In this document: positions 51,972-62,662 of the stretch, in pieces | How the letters are laid out: every line of letters begins with the position of its first letter | How positions within the stretch are numbered: the first letter of the stretch is position 1 | Assembly: GCA_902600485.1 (NCBI GenBank) | Contig: CACKJD010000005.1 | Coordinates: 15,905-79,904 of the forward strand | Length of the DNA stretch: 64,000 bases | From: an uncultured Pelagibacteraceae bacterium | GTDB lineage: Bacteria > Pseudomonadota > Alphaproteobacteria > Pelagibacterales > Pelagibacteraceae | Reading direction: 5' to 3' | Notes under the pieces: model-generated | The model's database searches: none | Seen by the model: only the letters and a program-made list of their open reading frames with translations | Told to the model about the DNA's origin: nothing | Made by a program: the position numbers and the translations under genes

Positions 51972-51999
51972 ACATAGATAATTATCAGAATAAATATAT

Positions 52000-52680
52000 A
52001 TGAAGACTCTAATGGAATTAAACTTTAGAGAAAAAATATGGTGTCAATTATTCAAAATTAAATTTTTTAGAGAGAAAGTTTTTTATAAGTTAAGTAGATA
52101 CAAAAAAAAACTTCAAACTTTAGATAAATTAAATTTAAACCCTAAATCTGTTGTATTAGATATTGGTGGAAATAATGGTGTAGTTTCAAAATATATTTAT
52201 GATAAATATCGTTGCAATATTGAAATTTATGAGCCTAATCCTTATTGTGTACTAATTCTTAAAGAAATTTTTTTTTATTATCCAAAAGTAAAAGTATATG
52301 AAGCTGCAATCTCAAATAAAAAAAGTGTTAAAAAATTATATTATCATAAACTTGAGACAAATTTAAAAAATATGTCCCTATCTGAAAGTTCAACATTAGA
52401 AAGTATAAAAAGTAATATATCTAAAAAAAAGTTTAAAAAAGTTAAAACTGAAAATATAAAATCAATTTTGAACAAGTATAAAAAAATAAACTTTCTTAAA
52501 ATTGACATAGAGGGTCATGAATATAAAATTTTACCTGAGATAATTAAAAATTTAAAAAAAATTGATATTATTTTTTGTGAGATGCATGGAAGCAAGCATC
52601 GAAAAGAGTTTCAAAACCAATATAAATTATGGAAAAAGAAAATAAAAAAAATTCAAAATAAAAAGTTTTTTGAATGGTAG
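52000..52680 (+). CDS. FkbM-family methyltransferase
   Basis: LDIGGNNG, YEPNP, LKIDIEGHEY. Confidence 0.85.
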   Translation: MKTLMELNFREKIWCQLFKIKFFREKVFYKLSRYKKKLQTLDKLNLNPKSVVLDIGGNNGVVSKYIYDKYRCNIEIYEPNPYCVLILKEIFFYYPKVKVYEAAISNKKSVKKLYYHKLETNLKNMSLSESSTLESIKSNISKKKFKKVKTENIKSILNKYKKINFLKIDIEGHEYKILPEIIKNLKKIDIIFCEMHGSKHRKEFQNQYKLWKKKIKKIQNKKFFEW

Positions 52681-52714
52681 TAATAAACGAAAATCCACCC
52701 CTACAATTTAATTA

Positions 52715-52867
52715 ATGTTCTCATTATCAAAATTAAAAAATATTTTTAAAAAAAACAAATATGTCAAATATTTAGCTATTGGAGGTTTTGCTTTCTTTTT
52801 TATAAAGGGTCTTATTTGGTTAGCAGTCATATTTTCTGTTGGTTTTAGCGCTTTTAACTTCATTTAA
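52715..52867 (+). CDS. Small single-TM membrane protein, 50 aa (not in ORF track)
   Basis: Hand translation MFSLSKLKNIFKKNKYVKYLAIGGFAFFFIKGLIWLAVIFSVGFSAFNFI*. Confidence 0.65.
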   Translation: MFSLSKLKNIFKKNKYVKYLAIGGFAFFFIKGLIWLAVIFSVGFSAFNFI

Positions 52868-52904
52868 ATTTCTGTTCATTTTGCGTTTGATATTCCTTAA
52901 GTAG

Positions 52905-52932
52905 TTGCAATAACTTTTTAAAAATGTAAGCT
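52905..52932 (+). promoter_or_regulatory. Putative sigma70 promoter of the pseudoknot-leader transcript
   Basis: TTGCAA-N16-TAAGCT; predicted start site ~52938-52940, at the first base of the pseudoknot. Confidence 0.55.
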
Positions 52933-52939
52933 TTCTTTA

Positions 52940-52990
52940 ACCATATCTCATGGTGATAAAGAGACCGATATCGCATCGGTTAAAAGCGAG
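52940..52990 (+). ncRNA. Candidate structured 5' leader: two tandem H-type pseudoknots
   Basis: ACCAT-A-TCTC-ATGGT-GATAAA-GAGA then ACCGAT-A-TCGC-ATCGGT-TAAAA-GCGA; compensatory changes in both stems. Confidence 0.65.
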
Positions 52991-53017
52991 TTTTGGAAAA
53001 ACTAACAAGGAGTGTGT

Positions 53018-53209
53018 ATGAAAAGAATGCACAGAGTTCTTAATTCGTTTAGCCGAGGCTCAAAGATCGCTAGGCTAAATCAATTAATGTTCCGAAATTT
53101 AAAATCTGTTGAAGCTAATGGCAATGGCACAAGCGGATACGTTATTAAATCTGGAAAAAACTCTGGAAAAGTTGTTGGGCATTTAAAAAAAGAGCCTAAA
53201 AACATTTAA
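53018..53209 (+). CDS. Small basic hypothetical protein, 63 aa
   Basis: AAGGAG SD then ATG 53018; motif EANGNGTSGYVIKSG.NSGKV..H. Confidence 0.85.
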   Translation: MKRMHRVLNSFSRGSKIARLNQLMFRNLKSVEANGNGTSGYVIKSGKNSGKVVGHLKKEPKNI

Positions 53210-53216
53210 TTAAGAT

Positions 53217-53253
53217 TGGGGTATGGGGGCACCTGGCAACAGAACGCCCCATC
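53217..53253 (+). repeat. Structured 3' element, copy B
   Basis: TGGGGTATGGGGGCACCTGGCAACAGAACGCCCCATC; near-identical to 17815-17850. Confidence 0.85.
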
Positions 53254-53257
53254 AAAA

Positions 53258-53635
53258 CTATTTTTTTGCTAAATCAACAGTTACTTGTTGAGGATAGATA
53301 AATGCTGCTCCAGATTTTCTATCAATTATATAACCAATACCACCACCTAAAATTACATTACCCCATGTTGCTGAGTCCTTGTGTCTTGATGGTAAACTTG
53401 CAACTCCATTAATGTAACCATCTTTAACACATGTTAATGCTAAATTAACTCTTGAACTTGTAATCACTGCACTGCCAGGAGTTGTCAGTGTCCAAGTACC
53501 TTTATCATTGGAAAGTGTACATGTTGCACCTTGAACGTTTGAAGTAACCGTTATGTTCTGAGAACTACCAGACATTGTTGAAGCACATGATGTTAGTAAA
53601 AACAACGATGTTAACAAAATAAAAAATTTTTTCAT
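53258..53635 (-). CDS. Hypothetical lipoprotein (PEGA-like beta domain)
   Basis: Lipobox LTSC; TVTSNVQGATCTL; GNVILGGGIG..ID..SGA. Confidence 0.75.
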   Translation of the reverse strand: MKKFFILLTSLFLLTSCASTMSGSSQNITVTSNVQGATCTLSNDKGTWTLTTPGSAVITSSRVNLALTCVKDGYINGVASLPSRHKDSATWGNVILGGGIGYIIDRKSGAAFIYPQQVTVDLAKK

Positions 53636-53682
53636 AATAGATATTTATAAAACGTACATTAATTTTTTTGATTTTTAAAGCG

Positions 53683-54468
53683 TTAAGTGATATTTTTTGG
53701 ATCAGGCATTCCTACCTTATTATAACCAGCATCAACATAGTGTATTTCACCTGTAACTCCGCCAGCCATATCACTTAGTAAATATAAAGCAGAATTTCCT
53801 ACATCAAGATTATCAACGTTTCTTTTTAAAAAAGAATGATCAGCGTTCCATTTATATAAAAATTTTGCATCTCCAATTGCTGATGCTGCTAAAGTTTTTA
53901 TAGGTCCTGCACTAATTGCATTAATTCTTATACCTTTTGAACCTAAATCTCTTGCAAGATATTTCACACTTGCTTCAAGCGCAGCTTTACATACTCCCAT
54001 CACGTTATAATTTGGAATAGCTTTATTGGCTTCATAACTTAACGTAATCATACTCCCACCTTGTTTCATAATTTTAGATGCTTCTTTTGCAACTTCTGTA
54101 AATGAGAAACAAGAAATCAACATGCTTTTTAAAAAATTTTCTCTAGTTGTATTTAGGTATTCCCCTGATAATTCAGATTTATCTGAAAATGCTATTGCAT
54201 GAACTACAAAATCTATTTCACCCCATTTAGATTTTATATCTTCAAATAATTTTGATACTTCCTCTTTTTTCTCAACATCACAACTAAAAGTAACATTTGA
54301 ATTTAATTTTTCTGCTAAAGGAACAACTCTTTTCTTTAGCGCATCACCTAAATAGGTAAATGCAAGTTCTGCTCCTGCTTCTGCAAGTTTTTGAGAAATC
54401 CCCCAAGCAATTGATCGCTCGTTAGCAACACCCATGATCAATCCTTTTTTACCTCTCATCAAACTCAT
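53683..54468 (-). CDS. fabI: Enoyl-ACP reductase
   Basis: GVANERSIAWGI, YNVMGVCKAALE, NAISAGPIKTLA. Confidence 0.96.
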   Translation of the reverse strand: MSLMRGKKGLIMGVANERSIAWGISQKLAEAGAELAFTYLGDALKKRVVPLAEKLNSNVTFSCDVEKKEEVSKLFEDIKSKWGEIDFVVHAIAFSDKSELSGEYLNTTRENFLKSMLISCFSFTEVAKEASKIMKQGGSMITLSYEANKAIPNYNVMGVCKAALEASVKYLARDLGSKGIRINAISAGPIKTLAASAIGDAKFLYKWNADHSFLKRNVDNLDVGNSALYLLSDMAGGVTGEIHYVDAGYNKVGMPDPKNIT

Positions 54469-54470
54469 TA

Positions 54471-55682
54471 TTAAACCTTTTCAAATACTAAAGTGGCATT
54501 AGTTCCACCAAAACCGAAACTGTTAGACATTACAGCATTTAAATTAACATCTTTTTCAACTTTAGTTACTATTGGGTAATTTTTTGCTTCATCATCCATA
54601 TCCTGAATATTTGCAGATGCAGCAATAAACTTATTTTTCATCATTATTAAACTATAAACCGCCTCATGAACCGAGGTTGCGCCTAAAGAGTGACCAGCTA
54701 AAGATTTAGTTGAACTTATTTTTGGTTTGTAATCTTTAAAAGCCTCTCCAACTGCTTTTAATTCCGTTATATCTCCAACCGGGGTAGATGTTCCATGAGT
54801 ATTTATATAATCAATTTTATTTTTTGTTGTGCTTAATGCCATCTGCATACATCTTACCGCTCCTTCTCCTGATGGAGCAACCATATCGTAACCATCAGAT
54901 GTAGCGCCATAACCAGTTAATTCTGCATAAATTTTTGCACCTCTTGCCTTTGCATGTTCGTACTCTTCTAAAACTAAAACTCCACCTCCACCAGATATAA
55001 CAAAACCATCTCTTGTTTTGTCATAGGGTCTTGATGCTTTTTCAGGGGTATCATTATATTTAGAAGATAGAGCAGTCATAGCATCAAACATAGCTGTCAT
55101 TGCAAAATGTACTTCATCACTTCCACCAGCAAAAATTATTTTTTGTTTTCCTAATTGAATAATTTCCATTGCATTACCAATACAATGACCACTTGTTGCA
55201 CATGCAGAACTGATTGTGTAATTAATTCCTTTAATCTTAAATGGTACAGCTAAGGTTGCTGATGCTGTACTGGACATTGTTCTTGGAACAATAAAAGGCC
55301 CCATACGTTTAGGACTTTTTGCTCTAGTTTTGTCTGCTGCTAAAATAACATTTTCAATAGAAGGGCCACCAGATCCCATAATCATACCAGTTGAAGTATT
55401 ACTTACATCTTTTTCTTCTAGACCAGAGTCTTTTACCGCTTCTGCCATAGAGATATAATTATAAGCTGATCCTGGTCCCATAAATCTTATAAATTTTCTA
55501 TCCACATGATCTTCAAGGTTTATATTTGGCTTACCATGCACGTGGCTTTTTAAATTATATTCTTTGTATTCTTCTGAAAAAGAAATTCCTGATTTTGAAT
55601 TTAATAGTGATCGATAAACTTCCTCTTGATTGTTTCCTAAACAAGAAACAACCCCTATCCCTGTTACAACAACTCTTTTCAT
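54471..55682 (-). CDS. fabB: 3-oxoacyl-ACP synthase I
   Basis: [33 protein letters not shown]. Confidence 0.95.
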   Translation of the reverse strand: MKRVVVTGIGVVSCLGNNQEEVYRSLLNSKSGISFSEEYKEYNLKSHVHGKPNINLEDHVDRKFIRFMGPGSAYNYISMAEAVKDSGLEEKDVSNTSTGMIMGSGGPSIENVILAADKTRAKSPKRMGPFIVPRTMSSTASATLAVPFKIKGINYTISSACATSGHCIGNAMEIIQLGKQKIIFAGGSDEVHFAMTAMFDAMTALSSKYNDTPEKASRPYDKTRDGFVISGGGGVLVLEEYEHAKARGAKIYAELTGYGATSDGYDMVAPSGEGAVRCMQMALSTTKNKIDYINTHGTSTPVGDITELKAVGEAFKDYKPKISSTKSLAGHSLGATSVHEAVYSLIMMKNKFIAASANIQDMDDEAKNYPIVTKVEKDVNLNAVMSNSFGFGGTNATLVFEKV

Positions 55683-56182
55683 TATTTAAATAAACCTACT
55701 TTTAAATTTTCTGTTGAGTAAATTTTTTTGCCGTCTGCTAGCAAAATTCCATTTGCTAAGCCAACTGTAGTGCCTTCTTTTATAAGAACTCTTTTCATAT
55801 TAATCTCATAAACTGCTTTTTTGACATTTTTAAGAACTTCACCAGTAAACTTTACTGTGTTAACTCCTAGAGCTCGTCCTCTTCCAGGATTTCCAAGCCA
55901 TCCCAAATAAAATCCTACAAGCTGCCACATAGCATCTAATCCAAGGCATCCTGGCATTACAGGATCTTTTTTGAAATGACAGTCAAAAAACCATAGACTA
56001 TCTTTTATATCTAATTCAGCAACAATAAATCCTTTACCAAATTCACCTTTGTTTTCACTAATTTCTGTGATTCTATCAAACATTAACATTGGAGGTGCAG
56101 GTAATTTTGCGTTTCCTGGACCGAAAAGATCACCATTAGCACAACTGATTAGATCGTCGTAAGTGTATGAGCTTTTTTTCAT
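55682..56182 (-). CDS. fabA: 3-hydroxyacyl-ACP dehydratase/isomerase
   Basis: [33 protein letters not shown]. Confidence 0.96.
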   Translation of the reverse strand: MKKSSYTYDDLISCANGDLFGPGNAKLPAPPMLMFDRITEISENKGEFGKGFIVAELDIKDSLWFFDCHFKKDPVMPGCLGLDAMWQLVGFYLGWLGNPGRGRALGVNTVKFTGEVLKNVKKAVYEINMKRVLIKEGTTVGLANGILLADGKKIYSTENLKVGLFK

Positions 56183-56232
56183 TTTTCGATATCCTTAATA
56201 CTTGATTTAGCAAAAATATAATATAGATTTAG

Positions 56233-56249
56233 TTTAGAATAGTTATAAA
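56233..56249. promoter_or_regulatory. Irr box (ICE) upstream of irr
   Basis: TTTAGAA-TAG-TTATAAA versus ICE TTTAGAA-N3-TTCTAAA. Confidence 0.7.
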
Positions 56250-56254
56250 TTACT

Positions 56255-56674
56255 ATGTTAAATAATAGCCAATATATAGAAAAATTAAGAAGTTCTGGCT
56301 TAAGACCAACAAAACAAAGAATAAAAATTTGCGAAGTTCTGTTTAATACACAAAAGACTTTTCATTTTACAATTAACGAACTTGTTAAAAGAATAAGTAA
56401 GTCAACAAACGACAAAATTTCACTTGCAACTGTTTATAACACAGTTCATGCATTCAAAAACAAAGGTTACTTAAAAGAGATACCAATTAATTCTGATCAA
56501 AGTTATTTTGATACCAATACGTCGCATCACCACCATTTCTATGATGAGACCCAAAAAGATTTAATCGACATAGATGATGCAGATGTTGAGCCAGTTAAAA
56601 TTAATACAAGAATTCCTGGAAAAAAAATCAAGTCAGTAGAAGTACTTGTTAAAGTCGAAGACGACAAATCTTAA
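56255..56674 (+). CDS. irr: Iron response regulator Irr (Fur family)
   Basis: GLRPTKQR, SLATVYNT, YFDTNTSHHHHF; divergent from fabA as in many alphaproteobacteria. Confidence 0.9.
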   Translation: MLNNSQYIEKLRSSGLRPTKQRIKICEVLFNTQKTFHFTINELVKRISKSTNDKISLATVYNTVHAFKNKGYLKEIPINSDQSYFDTNTSHHHHFYDETQKDLIDIDDADVEPVKINTRIPGKKIKSVEVLVKVEDDKS

Positions 56675-56686
56675 TTCAATTTCTAC

Positions 56687-56735
56687 ATTATAATAGTTCT
56701 AAACTGTTGACAAATTTATTTAGAATTATTATAAA
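56687..56735 (+). promoter_or_regulatory. katG sigma70 promoter bracketed by two ICE boxes
   Basis: TTGACA(56707)-N17-TATAAA(56730); ATTATAA-TAG-TTCTAAA (56687-56703) and TTTAGAA-TTA-TTATAAA (56719-56735). Confidence 0.8.
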
Positions 56736-56741
56736 ATATAA

Positions 56742-58988
<2,247 letters not shown>

Positions 58989-58992
58989 TAAA

Positions 58993-59604
58993 ATGGAAAC
59001 TGCACTTAATACACCTAAAGTAAGCTTTGAAGATTTCTACGAAGTACCTAACTTAAAATTTGATATTGAAAAACTTAGAGCTGATTTAGACAAAATTCTT
59101 GAAGAAAAAAAGTTTAATTCACCAGGAGTTACACACTTTGGTGCAATCCCGCTTAACCAGATACCTAATGATGAAAATTCTATTAAAGGTAATAATATTA
59201 GAGGTAAATATTGGACTATAGCAGACGAGACAGGAAAAGAAGTTTCAAGAGATGTAGAAATTGATGAGTCTAAATATACTAAACTTTTACCAGAATTTGA
59301 AAAAACATATTTTAAAGAAGTATATGAAACGCTAAGTAAAAAGTTTAGATTAGGAAGAGTAAGATTATTATTAAAAGAACCAAGATCTACTTTGAGTTGG
59401 CATAAAGATCCAGAGTGCAGATTGCATGTACCAATAATAACAAACCCAGGTTGCTCGATGGTAATCGAAAACGTTGCAAAACATTTGCCAGCTGATGGCA
59501 GGGTTTGGATTACAAATAATACTAAATACCATAATTTTTTTAATGGAGGGGAGCAAGCTAGGATACACTTAGTAGCATGTGTATTAGACAGTCCATTTAA
59601 GTAA
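58993..59604 (+). CDS. 2OG-Fe(II) dioxygenase-fold protein (Asp/Asn beta-hydroxylase-like)
   Basis: LSWHKD...RLHVPIITN...N.TKYH...N.G...RIHLV (HxD...H triad). Confidence 0.75.
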   Translation: METALNTPKVSFEDFYEVPNLKFDIEKLRADLDKILEEKKFNSPGVTHFGAIPLNQIPNDENSIKGNNIRGKYWTIADETGKEVSRDVEIDESKYTKLLPEFEKTYFKEVYETLSKKFRLGRVRLLLKEPRSTLSWHKDPECRLHVPIITNPGCSMVIENVAKHLPADGRVWITNNTKYHNFFNGGEQARIHLVACVLDSPFK

Positions 59605-59849
59605 TGACTGAATTTACCAAAGGCATATTTGAGGTAAGTAGAGACGTTTACAAAAATAACAAAGGCTCAATATTAAGAACAATTGTTTATACAATTGGTC
59701 ACTTTGCAATTGCTATTACAGTATTAATGCTTGTAGCAGATGTATCTTTTATGATTGCCCTAACAGATGCAATTGTTGAACCAATAGCAAATTCAGTTTG
59801 GTACTTTGTTTTAGATAAGTGGTGGGCAAGTAAAAGCAAAAAGTCCTAG
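59604..59849 (+). CDS. DUF2061-like small membrane protein
   Basis: SILRT..YT..H..I....A....EP.AN..WY...DKWW pattern. Confidence 0.65.
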   Translation: MTEFTKGIFEVSRDVYKNNKGSILRTIVYTIGHFAIAITVLMLVADVSFMIALTDAIVEPIANSVWYFVLDKWWASKSKKS

Positions 59850-60283
59850 TTACCCCACAAATATTCATTATTAATCCATCCCACATAGTTTCCAGTTTCC
59901 ACTTTAAACCATTTTTTTTCTTCTTTTTTAACAATCAATAATCTACCGCTTTTAATTACTGCAATCGGCGTTGAATATTTAGTAGAATTTTTAAAGAGTA
60001 TTTTCTCTTCAAGGGTAATTAATGATTTATTTTTTTTTAGCTGAGACCTATGAACCCATCCACCATTATTTTTATAGTCTAAGATTTTTCTAAAATTTTC
60101 TTTTTCATCTATAACTTCAACTGGAAAATTTTTTTTTAAATATACAAACTTAATTGGATAGTCTAATCCAGGTCCATATCTTACATTTACCTTATTGTAT
60201 TTTAAAGAAAGAAAGTAATTTTCATCTGCTTTTATATCATTAAAAAAAAAGATCAAAAATAATATAAATAATATCCTAAACAT
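59846..60283 (-). CDS. Bacterial SH3-domain protein
   Basis: Signal peptide; SLKYNKVNVRYGPG..YPI; GWV, GWI...LWG. Confidence 0.85.
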   Translation of the reverse strand: MFRILFILFLIFFFNDIKADENYFLSLKYNKVNVRYGPGLDYPIKFVYLKKNFPVEVIDEKENFRKILDYKNNGGWVHRSQLKKNKSLITLEEKILFKNSTKYSTPIAVIKSGRLLIVKKEEKKWFKVETGNYVGWINNEYLWGN

Positions 60284-60285
60284 TT

Positions 60286-61011
60286 TTATTTTACTAAACT
60301 ACATATTCTGAATTCTAAATTTAATAAATTAATAATTAAAACTTTCCCATTTAAACACTTTCCAACATTTAAAATATATTTAATAGCTTCATTAGCTTGA
60401 ATATTGCCAACTATACCTGCAACTGTACCAATTACTCCATCTTCCTCACAAGTAGCTATGTCATCATCAGGCGTACCTTGATAAAAAGACTCTAGGCAAG
60501 GTTTTGTTTTTTTTGAAAAATTGAACCCAAAAATATGTCCATCGAATTTTCCTATTGAACCTGAAATAAAAATTTTTTTTAAAATCTTAGAAAATTTATT
60601 TATTAAAAATTTACTACTAAAGTTATCGGTCCCATCTATTATAATATCAAAAGATTGTATTATTTTTTTTATATTAAAATCATCAATTTTTGTCTTAAAA
60701 CTTTTTATTTTAATGTGAGAATTAACCCTTTTTATTCTTTGTTTTACAACATCAACTTTGTATTTTTTAATATCACTAGTAGTAAATATAGACTGCCTGT
60801 GAATATTTGATAAATTAATTTTATCATGATCAATTAAGCCTATTGTTCCAACCCCAGCTCTACTCAAATATTCTGCTGCAGGACAACCTAGTCCTCCAAG
60901 ACCAACGATTAAAACTTTTGATTTCTTAAGTTTTTTTTGCCCACTGACGCCTATATCCTTAAGAATAATTTGCCTCGAATATCTCTCAATTTCATTATTT
61001 GTTAGGCTCAT
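60286..61011 (-). CDS. MoeB/ThiF-family adenylyltransferase
   Basis: RYSRQI, VGLGGLG, SNIHRQ, DGTDNF, CEEDGVIG. Confidence 0.9.
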   Translation of the reverse strand: MSLTNNEIERYSRQIILKDIGVSGQKKLKKSKVLIVGLGGLGCPAAEYLSRAGVGTIGLIDHDKINLSNIHRQSIFTTSDIKKYKVDVVKQRIKRVNSHIKIKSFKTKIDDFNIKKIIQSFDIIIDGTDNFSSKFLINKFSKILKKIFISGSIGKFDGHIFGFNFSKKTKPCLESFYQGTPDDDIATCEEDGVIGTVAGIVGNIQANEAIKYILNVGKCLNGKVLIINLLNLEFRICSLVK

Positions 61012-61448
61012 TTTTTTCCTGTGGATCCGAAACCACCTTGGCCTCTAACGGTATCAGGTAAACTATCAACTTCCTCAAATTCCATTTTAAGAATTGGTAC
61101 TAAAACCATTTGAGCAATCCTATCACCATTATTAATTATGAAATCTTTGTTACCATGATTAAATAAAATAATCTTTAATTCTCCTCTATAGTCACTATCT
61201 ATAGTTCCAGGAGAATTTAATACACCTATGTTTTCTTTTGCAGCCAAACCTGATCTAGGTCTTATTTGAATTTCAAATTCCTCAGGTATTACAACTTGCA
61301 ACCCTGTTGGAATTAACCCTGAGCTGTTTGGTTTAATTACAACTCCTTTATCTAAAAATGCAGATAAATCTACCCCAGATGAACCGTCTGTTTTATATTT
61401 TGGAGTAATTACTTTTCTATTAGTCTTTTTAATTAATATTTTGACCAT
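61008..61448 (-). CDS. dut: dUTPase
   Basis: SSGVDL, QIRPRSG, NSPGTIDSDYRGE, RIAQ, RGQGGFGSTG. Confidence 0.97.
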   Translation of the reverse strand: MVKILIKKTNRKVITPKYKTDGSSGVDLSAFLDKGVVIKPNSSGLIPTGLQVVIPEEFEIQIRPRSGLAAKENIGVLNSPGTIDSDYRGELKIILFNHGNKDFIINNGDRIAQMVLVPILKMEFEEVDSLPDTVRGQGGFGSTGKK

Positions 61449-62656
61449 TAAATCAAATTTAGCTGATTGATAACCCTTTTTACAATCTCATCAGCTACTA
61501 CTGATTTATAAGTTTTAGAAATAATTTCATTTTCAACATTTTTGTCTTTATAAAATATTGAGACCTCATTAAAATCAGAGTCAAACCCAATATCATTTTT
61601 ACTAACATCATTAGCTATTATCCAATCACAACCTTTATTTTGTAGCTTTTCTTTACTGTTAAGGTGTAAATTACTAGTCTCAGCTGAGAAACCTATAACT
61701 AATTTTGGCTTATTATTATTTTTGGATATTAATTTTAAAATATCTATATTTTTTTCAAAATCTAAATTTAGATCTTTATTTTTTTTAATCTTATCTTCTC
61801 TTAGATTTTTTATTTTAAAATCACATACAGCTGCACAGAAAATAGCAACATCACAAGGTAAATTTTCTATTGTCTTCTGATACATTTCTTCAGCAGTATT
61901 AACTTTAAAGAAATTAATATTTGGATCAGGTGTTAGCTTTGATGGACCGGAAATTAAAGTTGTCTCAAATCCACTATTAAATAGTGATTTTGCTATCTCG
62001 TAGCCTTGCTTTCCACTTGATCTGTTTGAAATATATCTAACTGGGTCTATATATTCTCGCGTAGGACCTGCCGTAACAACAGCTTTAAATTTTTTGTTAT
62101 TACTTTTGGATTTAAAAAAATTATCAAGTTCATTAAGTATGTAATTTATATCAGCCATTCTTCCGTCACCATATTCTCCACACGCCATTTCTCCGTTGAA
62201 AGGTCCTATAATCTTGTAATTGTAGCTTTTAATTTTTTCTATATTTTGTTTGTTTGAGCTATGTTCCCACATTCTCACATTCATAGCAGGACAAACAAAT
62301 ATGTTTTTATTAGATGCTTGAACAACAGTTGTTGCTAAATCATCGCTTATACCTTGGCTCATTTTAGCAATAATATTTGCAGTAGCTGGAGCTATTAGTA
62401 TTAAATCTGCCCATCTTGATAAAGAAATATGATCCATTTCAGACTCATTCTCTACAGAGTATATATCTGAATAAACTTTATTTTTTGAAAGTGAAGCAAT
62501 AGACAATTGTGTAACAAATTCTGAACCACCTTTTGTCAGTATAGTTTTAATTTCACACTGAATTTTTGTGAGAGATCTAATCAAATCTAATGATTTATAG
62601 GCCGCTATACCTCCAGAAATTATAAGTAATATTTTTTTTTTTTCTAAAAATTTCAT
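61448..62656 (-). CDS. coaBC: Phosphopantothenoylcysteine decarboxylase/ligase
   Basis: SGGIAAYK, APATAN, PAMNVRMW, TAGPTREYIDPVRYISNRSSGKQG. Confidence 0.97.
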   Translation of the reverse strand: MKFLEKKKILLIISGGIAAYKSLDLIRSLTKIQCEIKTILTKGGSEFVTQLSIASLSKNKVYSDIYSVENESEMDHISLSRWADLILIAPATANIIAKMSQGISDDLATTVVQASNKNIFVCPAMNVRMWEHSSNKQNIEKIKSYNYKIIGPFNGEMACGEYGDGRMADINYILNELDNFFKSKSNNKKFKAVVTAGPTREYIDPVRYISNRSSGKQGYEIAKSLFNSGFETTLISGPSKLTPDPNINFFKVNTAEEMYQKTIENLPCDVAIFCAAVCDFKIKNLREDKIKKNKDLNLDFEKNIDILKLISKNNNKPKLVIGFSAETSNLHLNSKEKLQNKGCDWIIANDVSKNDIGFDSDFNEVSIFYKDKNVENEIISKTYKSVVADEIVKRVINQLNLI

Positions 62657-62662
62657 ACTTAA

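Noticed and set aside
51977-51986. GATAATTATC palindrome before the second FkbM gene
   Set aside because: It lacks the central base and flanks of a 7-1-7 Fur box; plausible by chance at this AT content.
52941-52948. CCATATCT as an RpoH -10 element (shares TAACCATATCT with 17571-17581)
   Set aside because: No matching -35 at the right spacing, and the bases form pseudoknot stem 1; a sigma70-like promoter just upstream fits better.
52868-53257. Possible tmRNA (ssrA) gene
   Set aside because: No acceptor/T-arm CCA piece, no GGGG(C/G)CGAAA..GGATCGAC-like 5' segment and no ANDN...AA tag frame; only the 3'-end-like element is present. The same holds for copy A.
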